Part shown: positions 1-7,984 of the stretch, piece after piece
Position numbering within the stretch: position 1 is the first letter of the stretch
Layout of the letters: each line of letters begins with the position of its first letter
Virus record (IMG/VR): IMGVR_UViG_2886339191_000001
Length of the DNA stretch: 20,000 bases
Reading direction: 5' to 3' (one strand)
Source of the DNA: an uncultured virus (IMG/VR IMGVR_UViG_2886339191_000001)
Lineage: Duplodnaviria; Heunggongvirae; Uroviricota; Caudoviricetes
Program-made: the position numbers and the translations under genes
The notes under the pieces: model-generated
Database searches by the model: none
What the model was told of the DNA's origin: nothing
Seen by the model: the letters and a program-made list of their open reading frames with translations, nothing else

Positions 1-275
1 ATTGCTGTGCAGGTCCCGATGAGGCGCCATTTGCCATCGGGGTGCATGGTGAATTGCGCGCCGGCGCTCAGCCCAGAGTCATCAGCGATGAGCACTGCGA
101 GCGTGCCGGCCGGCAACGAATCAGCGTTCAGGCTGATCGCGTTCAAGGCGGCCAATGTTGGAACGAACTTCACCGGAAGGGCTTGATTGATCGAACCCGC
201 AAACGTGGCAAACAAGTCGGTGAGCCGACCGATTGGCCCCGAGGAGGGGTATGTGATGATTCCTACTTTGGCCAT
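1..275 (-). CDS. 5' part of a probable minor tail / tail fibre protein, running off the window edge; absent from the ORF track
   Basis: Manual translation from ATG at 275 gives MAKVGIITYPSSGPIGRLTDLFATFAGSINQALPVKFVPTLAALNAISLNADSLPAGTLAVLIADDSGLSAGAQFTMHPDGKWRLIGTCTA..., open to base 1. AAGGAG RBS upstream; same strand as the tail block. Confidence 0.7.
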   Translation of the reverse strand, partial: MAKVGIITYPSSGPIGRLTDLFATFAGSINQALPVKFVPTLAALNAISLNADSLPAGTLAVLIADDSGLSAGAQFTMHPDGKWRLIGTCTA

Positions 276-298
276 TAGCTGGCTCCTTACGTTGTTAG

Positions 299-529
299 TT
301 AGCTAGGTTCGGGTGGTGCGGCGCCGGCTACGGCGGAAGCTTCATCCTGTGTGAGCCCTAGATCGACAAGCTTTGCGAGGGCTGATGTCAGCAGAACATC
401 GGGCGTGATCATCACGCTGAGAACGCAGGCTTCCCCTGCCCGTGAAGCTGCAAGGTCAGAAGCCTCTTCAATAGACATTGCTTCCAAAGTGAAGCTCTCA
501 ACTTCTGTAGTGACATTCCAAACAAGCAT
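299..529 (-). CDS. Small acidic phage protein (76 aa), possibly a tail-fibre accessory protein or chaperone
   Basis: AGGAG RBS overlaps the stop of the upstream fibre gene. The C-terminal SALAKLVDLGLTQDEASAV resembles small ORFs that follow fibre genes. Function inferred from position only. Confidence 0.6.
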   Translation of the reverse strand: MLVWNVTTEVESFTLEAMSIEEASDLAASRAGEACVLSVMITPDVLLTSALAKLVDLGLTQDEASAVAGAAPPEPS

Positions 530-537
530 TTGTTCTC

Positions 538-3450
538 CTATAAAATTTCAGCATCTAGAGCAAATACACCATTGCCGCCAATATTTGCGGCAAGAAGAGC
601 TGGCCGATATGCAGTAGCAGTACCCGCGTGCAGAATGCTTAGATAGCAGCTTTGGAGACCCATTCGAGAGTAGCCCGTACCACCAGTGACGGTTAGATCG
701 TAAGTGCTTCGGTCAGTAATGATGAGGTTGACCAGTTTTACAATCACAGGCGTAGTACGCATCGTGACTGGATAAGTTACCGAGATGAGACTGGTGCCAG
801 CACTTTGAGACAGACCTACTCCCAGAGAAACATAGGCTTGAAGATTTGCTTGCCAGTAATACCGCAGGCAAGCACAAAGCTCTTGGCCAATCTCGGGTAA
901 CTCAAATGGAGTTGCAGTGATGCCAGCTTCAAGTTTTACGTTACCAACAGTCCCACTTGTAAACTCAACACATACGTCTCCACTTCCGTTCAGAGCCACA
1001 GTGACAGGGCTAGATGAGAACACTGGAGCAGTGGCTCCAACGACGTAAACACGACCCTTGCCCGTCCCAGACCATGAGGCAGTATATGTACCTGCTGGCA
1101 TGTTTGCTCTTTCAATCTTTTGACAGATTTGGAGATTTGTCGGAAGCGTAACCAATTGCCCCTGAGGAGAAGAGGTGTAAGTGGCCGGAGACCCCCAATA
1201 GCTGTAGCTAGCATGTGTCGCTCCTGCCCAAGAAACCCCTGAGGTTACCGACGGGTCAACGTAGGTCGTTTCGGCAGGAGCTCCGGCTGGAGAAGTGTTC
1301 TTTTCTACTACTCGAATAGCGTCCCAACGAATTTGCCCAGCCGTGTTTCCAAGGTAGAGGCGAACAAAAGCTTGAGTTGCAGTCAATGGCACAGTCACTT
1401 CAACCGACACTCGTGTAGGAGTATTTATAGTGTTTGGAACCTGCGGGCTGTGGTACATCTGATACCCTCCCGCAGGTGTGTTTGTATGAACAACGATGGC
1501 TCGCTCCCGAGGGAGCAATACGCCTGTATTTGCGTCAATTTCTCCTGTATGGCTAGTTCCTGTCATCGCACTTTTGACATTGCCTGTTGCGCTAATAACG
1601 TAGGTGCGCCCTGGGGTCATTCCGTGCCGAAATGTCCCCCCATTGTTGCCAACGAAACCAAAGTCAACATAAGAATCAGTCCCAGTTGGGCTATAGAGGT
1701 TGACAGACTTGGTCCCGTATGCGGCCCAAGTGGTATCACCAACATCGAGCGTGCAATTCGTTCCGCCATAATCAAGTCCTGGCGTAGCTCCCTCGTTACT
1801 CGGGTTCATAACTTGATTGGCATACTTAGAAGTCACTTGCCACCTGTCAAAGCCGAAGCCTTCTGGAAGAATTACCGCATTGCTAGTAGTGCCGCGTTGG
1901 TTAGTGCGAAATGCACCATTGATGATCTTGTTCTGAGCTGGTACGCGCGCGGCCAACGAGCGCGGGGTCACAAGTTTTGTCGTCGAAGTTCCAGCCATGG
2001 CATCTGCATCGGAGGCGAAACTGCCAACGTCAAGAATGGCTTGACCGTTGTTCTGGTAGGCCTGTCCTGCGACGTCGAGCATGCCGTTTTCACGGTATTT
2101 GCCGACACCCATTCCAATTGCGCCATCCCAGTGCATGAAGATGGTTGACGTTGCGACTGTGCGGGTTATGGAGCTTGTAGAAAATACATCAATGACCTCA
2201 ATCAGCACCTCCCAGGATTTGGCTACCCCGTAGGTGCCGATCAGCCGAGAACCCGCAAAGGTGATGCCGCCAGGGGTGACTGTGGCGATGTTGGTGTAGA
2301 CGCTTGCCCCACGAGCCCTTGTCGAGATTCGGTAAGTGAGCGAGTTTTTTTGGGTGCCATTTACAAGCGACTGAACAGCAGTATTCAGCGTGATCTTGAT
2401 GTACGTGCCATCGTCTCGGATGGTTCCATCCACGTAAGCACGCTGCAGTGTCAAGGTTGTGGCATCGATCGTTGGCGCGATGTAGGGCAGCACGGCGATA
2501 GAGCTTGTAGTGGAAGCAGACTGGCCCCGAGAGTCCGTGACGGAAGCGGCCATGGATAACGTGCCGGAGCCGCTCAGCGCGGCCGTAGTGCCCGATATCG
2601 AATTGATTGTTTGTCCATCGACGGTGATCTTGTACGAAACAATCGTCGAGCCGTAAATTCCTGCAGATCCGACAATGCCGAGATTCAATTTGGAGAGCTG
2701 CTGCACATAAGCCCCAACAACAGAGTTGACGGCAGCAACGTTTTCTGATCGGCTGATCGAGCTGATGCTAGGCACAACACTGGATGGGACGTTGAGGGTA
2801 AACCCAACTGCAGTTGTTCCGATTAAGGAGCCCCCCGAGTACGTGTTGGTTGTCAGCGCACCAGCGCCACTCATTGCATTGGGAATCTCGTTTAGCAATC
2901 CCAGGGGGGGCGTCCACGATGTCGAACTGCCAACGCCACTGGCGATAGTGCCGGATTGCGAACCGAACGAATAGGTCACCGTATGAGTGAAAGAGGACGA
3001 CGCAGGATTTGTGTAAATCGTCACGGGCGAGTTGGCAACCATTGGGCTGGGCGAAAAGGTCGAATTAGACGCGCGCGCGATTGTTGGAAGACCTTCTGAG
3101 CTGCTGCAGCTTGCGCTCCCGATTGTGCCGGGACTACTCGAGCTTGCCGAAAAGCTGTAGCTGCGTGTGCCGTCTGAGTTGTGACCGATATTGAATTGAC
3201 CAGAGCCGAGCGACTTGGACTGGCCAGCGGACAGATCGTAGGAGTAGGAGCCGGAAGCGGTTTGCCCTTCGATATTGACGGACCAAGAAGAGTCGACATC
3301 GTAACGATAAGAGCGTGATCCGCTGTTGTAAAGCGTCAGCGACCAGTTGACTGTCGAGTAGTTGCCCGCGATGTTCTGGCTCGCTAAGGAGGTGCTGAGT
3401 TGGAGCTGAAAATTTGAGCGTCCCGAAAAATTGCCTGCTGCGTAACCCAT
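538..3450 (-). CDS. Tail fibre / receptor-binding protein with DUF859-like N-terminus (970 aa)
   Basis: DUF859-type N-terminal motifs QNIAGNYSTVNWSL, HNSDGTRS, LPTIARAS, SSSFTHTVTYSFG. Fibre-repeat-like ASDADAMAGTSTTKLVTP. C-terminal fibre domain from NKIINGAFRTNQRG..DRW to KLEAGITATPFE..ELCACLRYY. Rich in Ser/Thr/Gly. Confidence 0.8.
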   Translation of the reverse strand: MGYAAGNFSGRSNFQLQLSTSLASQNIAGNYSTVNWSLTLYNSGSRSYRYDVDSSWSVNIEGQTASGSYSYDLSAGQSKSLGSGQFNIGHNSDGTRSYSFSASSSSPGTIGSASCSSSEGLPTIARASNSTFSPSPMVANSPVTIYTNPASSSFTHTVTYSFGSQSGTIASGVGSSTSWTPPLGLLNEIPNAMSGAGALTTNTYSGGSLIGTTAVGFTLNVPSSVVPSISSISRSENVAAVNSVVGAYVQQLSKLNLGIVGSAGIYGSTIVSYKITVDGQTINSISGTTAALSGSGTLSMAASVTDSRGQSASTTSSIAVLPYIAPTIDATTLTLQRAYVDGTIRDDGTYIKITLNTAVQSLVNGTQKNSLTYRISTRARGASVYTNIATVTPGGITFAGSRLIGTYGVAKSWEVLIEVIDVFSTSSITRTVATSTIFMHWDGAIGMGVGKYRENGMLDVAGQAYQNNGQAILDVGSFASDADAMAGTSTTKLVTPRSLAARVPAQNKIINGAFRTNQRGTTSNAVILPEGFGFDRWQVTSKYANQVMNPSNEGATPGLDYGGTNCTLDVGDTTWAAYGTKSVNLYSPTGTDSYVDFGFVGNNGGTFRHGMTPGRTYVISATGNVKSAMTGTSHTGEIDANTGVLLPRERAIVVHTNTPAGGYQMYHSPQVPNTINTPTRVSVEVTVPLTATQAFVRLYLGNTAGQIRWDAIRVVEKNTSPAGAPAETTYVDPSVTSGVSWAGATHASYSYWGSPATYTSSPQGQLVTLPTNLQICQKIERANMPAGTYTASWSGTGKGRVYVVGATAPVFSSSPVTVALNGSGDVCVEFTSGTVGNVKLEAGITATPFELPEIGQELCACLRYYWQANLQAYVSLGVGLSQSAGTSLISVTYPVTMRTTPVIVKLVNLIITDRSTYDLTVTGGTGYSRMGLQSCYLSILHAGTATAYRPALLAANIGGNGVFALDAEIL

Positions 3451-3452
3451 GT

Positions 3453-5009
3453 TTATAGGCTCCTAACGACTGTGCCACTGCCAAGTTTTTCGAGTTTGTG
3501 GTTTCCCAAAACGACCTCAGTGCCAACAAAAGAGTTCACGAATAGCTGACCGGAGTTCCAGTAGGAGACCACAGCCCCGCTTTCGATCATCTCAATACGA
3601 TCGGGCTTAAGTGCGAGTTGGAATGGTGAGCCTGGGTTGCTGATAATTGCGCCAGTCGGGCCGAAGGAGTAAAAGGTCTGCATGGCCGCGAGATTGCTTG
3701 ATGTGCTGCTTAGCCCGTTAGCCACCTCGGCGACTTGGCCGGCAAGAATTGTCACCGTGCCGTTGGCAGAAAGGTTTAGGTCCCGGCCCACTGTGGGAGA
3801 CAATTCGTTTACGGTCAGGGATCCAGCCACTATGGAGGTCGCGCCAATTGTTCCTGCGGTTATGAGGCCACCGTTCAGCGTGCCTACGGTTGCGCTGCCG
3901 AGGTCAATTGAAGAGATTGTCTCGTGGGATATGGTCTGCACAAGCCATGCGCCACCAATCCACTGCCACTGGGCAATAATGTTGTTCGCAGTATTGTGCC
4001 TGAACCAAAGATCACCCTCGACGACTCCATTGACCGTCGGAGTAGTGTCGGCCCAAGTGAGGTTATTGCCCGTGGTACTGACCACCGTGAGCAGTGCTGG
4101 AGTCAAGTCTCCTGCACTGACGCCGACGATAGTGGTAGTCGAGCTTGGGGACGGCAAAGTGGCCGCGCCGAGGCTGTCAATGGCAATAAGGCGGACGTCG
4201 TAGGAGGCACCAACAATCAACCCAGCGATCTGGATGCTGCCACCACCTCGAACTAGCGCCGAGCCCATGCGGATCCAGGCTGCAGCGCCACTAACCGAGA
4301 CCTCCGCGTAAGTGTAACGAAACTGAGAAGAGGGCAATGCTGACCCAAACAGGCCATTCCAGGCGGCCACCAGCATGCCAGCGCCAGAGCTGAGAGATGG
4401 TGAGTTCGGTGTAGCCATAACTGTGAGGGTCGCTGGGGTGGTTGCAAGAACGTAGTCGCTGAGCACGCTGGAAACGCCCCACGCAGATATTGCAACCACG
4501 CGGATTTGATACTGAACACCAACTTGCAGAGCATCAACCTGAACATTTGTGCTTGGGCTGGTCCCAAGCATCAAGTAGCCCGGGCCGTAACCGATCGTTG
4601 TGGTGTCGCCGTTAGCGATGCTGCCATCGGCATAGAAGACACGGCCCCAGACTTGGTAAATCGTAGGGATGAGTGGGTTTCCGTCGACGTCCAGGTCGCT
4701 CGGGACGATAGACACATTCAGTCGCCCGTATGGTGCTCCGCTTGTATCGAAGTAAGTCGAGGGGGCGACCGTCAAAGCGGTCGCGGCAAGAGTCGCGGGA
4801 ATCCGCTGCATTTCGTATTGAGCGGCGATCTGGGCCTGCACGGAGTTGGCTGAGGCAGTGATGGCATTGCCGGCCATCACGATGGCTGTCTCGCTGTTGT
4901 TGGCGAGAATCTGTCGGCGAGTTTCGTCGTCGCGCAAGAACTTATCGATGCGCCGAGCCCATGGCTGTGCCGCTACGGGAAGCCCATTATCAGTAAGCAC
5001 ATCGCTCAT
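3453..5009 (-). CDS. Minor tail protein with two fibronectin type III-like domains
   Basis: FN3-like strands LQVGVQYQIRVVAISAWG and LIVGASYDVRLIAIDSLG; GDLWF motif; ITAGTIGATSIVAGSLT repeats. Start is ATG 5009 or GTG 5015. Confidence 0.75.
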   Translation of the reverse strand: MSDVLTDNGLPVAAQPWARRIDKFLRDDETRRQILANNSETAIVMAGNAITASANSVQAQIAAQYEMQRIPATLAATALTVAPSTYFDTSGAPYGRLNVSIVPSDLDVDGNPLIPTIYQVWGRVFYADGSIANGDTTTIGYGPGYLMLGTSPSTNVQVDALQVGVQYQIRVVAISAWGVSSVLSDYVLATTPATLTVMATPNSPSLSSGAGMLVAAWNGLFGSALPSSQFRYTYAEVSVSGAAAWIRMGSALVRGGGSIQIAGLIVGASYDVRLIAIDSLGAATLPSPSSTTTIVGVSAGDLTPALLTVVSTTGNNLTWADTTPTVNGVVEGDLWFRHNTANNIIAQWQWIGGAWLVQTISHETISSIDLGSATVGTLNGGLITAGTIGATSIVAGSLTVNELSPTVGRDLNLSANGTVTILAGQVAEVANGLSSTSSNLAAMQTFYSFGPTGAIISNPGSPFQLALKPDRIEMIESGAVVSYWNSGQLFVNSFVGTEVVLGNHKLEKLGSGTVVRSL

Positions 5010-5039
5010 GCTCACTATTCTTGCAGCTTATTGTCAGAA

Positions 5040-7127
5040 TCAGGTCTGACGCAATGGCGCACCAGCAAATTGCAAGTCAGTTCGAGTGGCCCACACCGCA
5101 TCGAAGTCATCAAATGTGCGCAACGCCCACACCGCATCGAAGTCGTCCATGGTCGTGTCAGCAACTGCGGTGAAGCTCGTACCGCTTTCACCGGTTGGGG
5201 CGGTGATGACTCGGTAGACCGAGTCGCCCGAGCGAAAACGGGACCCAGCGATATCGCCAGGCATCAGGCCAGGATTGTCTGTAGTCCCGCTGATATTGAC
5301 AACGGGGCGAGAGAACATCGGCACGGTCTCACTGGCAACTCGATCGGCCATGTCGCGGGTCTGGACATAAGCGGTGTCGATGGTCACCCCGACCTCCCCC
5401 GAGGCCTCTGTGGAGCTGAGCCCTGTGAGATAGGTGAATTTCTCTTTGCGGTTGATGATGCCCGTGCCGCGCACGCGCAGCGTGGAGTAGTAGGTGCTGT
5501 CGCCGGAGCCCATGGAAATTGCAAAGGGTGCCAGTGTGGGCTCATTTGTTCCAGAGGTGATGGTGATGATGATGGTGTCGAAGTTGTCACCCACCTTGAC
5601 CGTCACTGATCCGCCAAGCTGAGTCCAGACCGCCGGATCCAGGGTTTGGATCGATCCTGCTCCACCGTCCACGCTGCCTTGTCCCATGACCGTGTAGACG
5701 GAGCCGGCCGCGCCGTCGGAGGGGGCAACCTCCTTGACACACACTGGCTGCTCTACCGAGACCAGGGAGCCAAGGACGGGGACCTCGATCGTCGTGACCG
5801 AGCCGGAGTCGACTGAGAGGATCGCAGCGTCCATGGTCCAGCCGGCATCCGAGGAAGTGCCTGTCGCGTCGTCGTAGCTGGCGGGTGGGTAAACAAGCGC
5901 ATTTACAAGGTAGCGAGAGTTGTAGTTGAAGACCTCCACGGACTGTGCAAGCTGCGAGGCGTCTGCAGAAGTTCCAATCTGTGTTACGTCGCTGCCATTG
6001 AATGAGCGAGTTCGTGGGAGTCGAATGTAAACGGCATCTCCCAGGTCGCTCAACTCAACTCCTTGGGCTGCGCAGAACTCCTTCACGCGGGTCAAAACGT
6101 TGTCCTTGAACCCGGGTACGGCAACGGGCCGCTCGGCAATGCCAATATCAACGTTCAACGGGCGAGTGACTCCGACGCTCGCAAGGAGAGTGGCAATGTA
6201 GCCGTCTAGTGACCCAACGAACGGGGCGACACGACGGACAACGTTCAGTCGCGCTATGACCGACATGCTGGTGATTGAAACGGTGTTGCCGTCACTGGTC
6301 GGGGAAGAGATTCCGCCTTGGATAATCGCCCGCCCCGAGTCGAGTACGGTCAGCTCTCCGCCGCCGAGCAACATGGAGTCATCGAACTCGCGGATGCCAA
6401 GCTGCACCGTGGTCGCGCCACCCGTGGTGTCTGCTGGTGAGAGTGGGCTGGCATTTTCAGAAATCGTGTACGTGGTCAAATTCTCTACCGCGTAGTACGG
6501 GCCGGGCGCGTTGCTGAGATTGCGTGTGGTGCGGATCGAGCGCGAGCCGTTCGTTGCCCCCTCCCAGTAGTAGAAGTCTGTCGATCCCAGCGCGACTTTG
6601 CTGTCACCGACAAATGGCATCTGCCCATTGGGCATGATCGAGCCAAGCTTCACATCGATCAGTGTGCCCGCTGTGCCATTTCCAAGTCGCAGGACTAGCG
6701 TCCAGTTGGTGGCAGCATCGATTGTGATGGTGGCAAGGGTCGCGGTCCAGGCGGTAGTCGTAGAGAAAATGGCTCCGGTGATGTTGTCTGCCGTCACCTG
6801 ACTCTGGCCACGCCGAAGCCCCAGAGTGCAGCTTGTCTCGATCGCGCTCGTGCGGATCCAGATGCGCACATCAAATGTGCCAGCCGGGATCGCCAGGGAA
6901 GAATCGTTGATTGTAACGACCGCGGCTCCCGCACTCGCGCGCGTAAAGCGCAAGAACTGCTCTGTCTCGTCGGTGCGGAGTATCGGCGCCCCCAGGGTTG
7001 CGCTCGTAGAGCTCCAGAGCCGACGCTGGAGGGTCGCATGAGGAGTAGCAAGATAGTTGAGAGACAGCGGCAGGCCGATCGCATAGCGCGGCAGTGGAGG
7101 CTGCTGAATGCCGATATTTACAGCCAC
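5040..7127 (-). CDS. Minor tail protein, baseplate hub / Tal-like position (695 aa)
   Basis: Second gene after the tape measure gene; overlaps the upstream gene's end; beta-rich; N-terminal CBM-like module ending YYWEGATNGSRS. Confidence 0.7.
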   Translation of the reverse strand: MAVNIGIQQPPLPRYAIGLPLSLNYLATPHATLQRRLWSSTSATLGAPILRTDETEQFLRFTRASAGAAVVTINDSSLAIPAGTFDVRIWIRTSAIETSCTLGLRRGQSQVTADNITGAIFSTTTAWTATLATITIDAATNWTLVLRLGNGTAGTLIDVKLGSIMPNGQMPFVGDSKVALGSTDFYYWEGATNGSRSIRTTRNLSNAPGPYYAVENLTTYTISENASPLSPADTTGGATTVQLGIREFDDSMLLGGGELTVLDSGRAIIQGGISSPTSDGNTVSITSMSVIARLNVVRRVAPFVGSLDGYIATLLASVGVTRPLNVDIGIAERPVAVPGFKDNVLTRVKEFCAAQGVELSDLGDAVYIRLPRTRSFNGSDVTQIGTSADASQLAQSVEVFNYNSRYLVNALVYPPASYDDATGTSSDAGWTMDAAILSVDSGSVTTIEVPVLGSLVSVEQPVCVKEVAPSDGAAGSVYTVMGQGSVDGGAGSIQTLDPAVWTQLGGSVTVKVGDNFDTIIITITSGTNEPTLAPFAISMGSGDSTYYSTLRVRGTGIINRKEKFTYLTGLSSTEASGEVGVTIDTAYVQTRDMADRVASETVPMFSRPVVNISGTTDNPGLMPGDIAGSRFRSGDSVYRVITAPTGESGTSFTAVADTTMDDFDAVWALRTFDDFDAVWATRTDLQFAGAPLRQT

Positions 7128-7984
7128 GAGCCGACCTCCACAAGCTTTGCCGCAGCCGATACTTCAGCACGGACGTTGACCGTTGATAGTGCGGTAACGG
7201 TGGGTTCATCGGCGAAGGCGCAACCAGAGTTACCGCGGCCCGAGATGTACCCACCTCCATCGGGCATGTCATTGCTGGGAAGGACCTGGAGGATCAGAGC
7301 GGTCAGAAGAATGCTGTCGCCAACCGCACCAGCGAGCTGTATGTCAACACCGCTGACCCCAACGAATGTGTCTACCACTCGTTGGCCGGCGAGCCCGAGC
7401 GGTGTTAGTTTGCGCGCTGCGCCACCGACAGGTGTTACTTGCACGCCTGCTGTGCCGGTGGCGGAACCGTGAAAGCCAGCCCATAGCTTGAATCCTGGCG
7501 GGATCGGCACGTAGATCGAGCGAGGGGTGGTTGCTGCCGTGAAGGTGTAGACAGCGGAAAAAGTCGGATAACCCTGAGTGTTCGTCGGGGTTGCGACGGC
7601 GGACGGCCGAGCATCAACAAACATAGAGGGAGCATCCGAAGCCGCCAGGGCCGCATGCCCGAGGTTCACCGGAGCAAGGTTGAGTTCCATCTCCATCGGG
7701 TCGAGGAAGTAGATGAGGTTAGAAGCCACCATGAATTTGGCCAAGGGGTCGTTGTCGTAAACGTGCCCTGCGTAATCGAGAATCGGGCGCATCTCGAGGC
7801 GGCCAGCGACAGGCCAGCTCATCTCGTACTCGGCATGCGTAGTGCGGGATCCAAGGATCGCCGCCCCTCCGTTGACGAAGTTGAGCTGAGTGGTGAACTT
7901 CTTGCGCGAGAAATTTGCTGAGGTAGCGGGGGCCTTCACCCATTGCTCGTGCCCACGGGTGCCAAACCACATTTGCTGTGCCAT
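7118..7984 (-). CDS. Minor tail protein, distal tail (Dit)-like position (288 aa)
   Basis: ATG abuts the tape measure stop (TAGATG) with a GGAG RBS; size and position typical of Dit. Confidence 0.7.
   Translation of the reverse strand: MAQQMWFGTRGHEQWVKAPATSANFSRKKFTTQLNFVNGGAAILGSRTTHAEYEMSWPVAGRLEMRPILDYAGHVYDNDPLAKFMVASNLIYFLDPMEMELNLAPVNLGHAALAASDAPSMFVDARPSAVATPTNTQGYPTFSAVYTFTAATTPRSIYVPIPPGFKLWAGFHGSATGTAGVQVTPVGGAARKLTPLGLAGQRVVDTFVGVSGVDIQLAGAVGDSILLTALILQVLPSNDMPDGGGYISGRGNSGCAFADEPTVTALSTVNVRAEVSAAAKLVEVGSWL

Noticed and set aside
42..278. Plus-strand 78-aa ORF
   Set aside because: Antisense to the better-supported minus-strand gene starting at 275.
538..900. Diversity-generating retroelement target or invertible shufflon at the fibre C-terminus
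   Set aside because: No reverse transcriptase, template repeat, invertase or inverted crossover sites are visible in the window.
2344..2351. In-frame slippery A AAA AAC in the fibre gene
   Set aside because: The -1 frame gives only about 50 unremarkable residues before a stop; likely chance Gln-Lys-Asn codons.
2904..2910. G7 homopolymer as a phase-variation tract
   Set aside because: Short, and explained by Pro-Pro codons in the WTPP motif; the ORF is intact.
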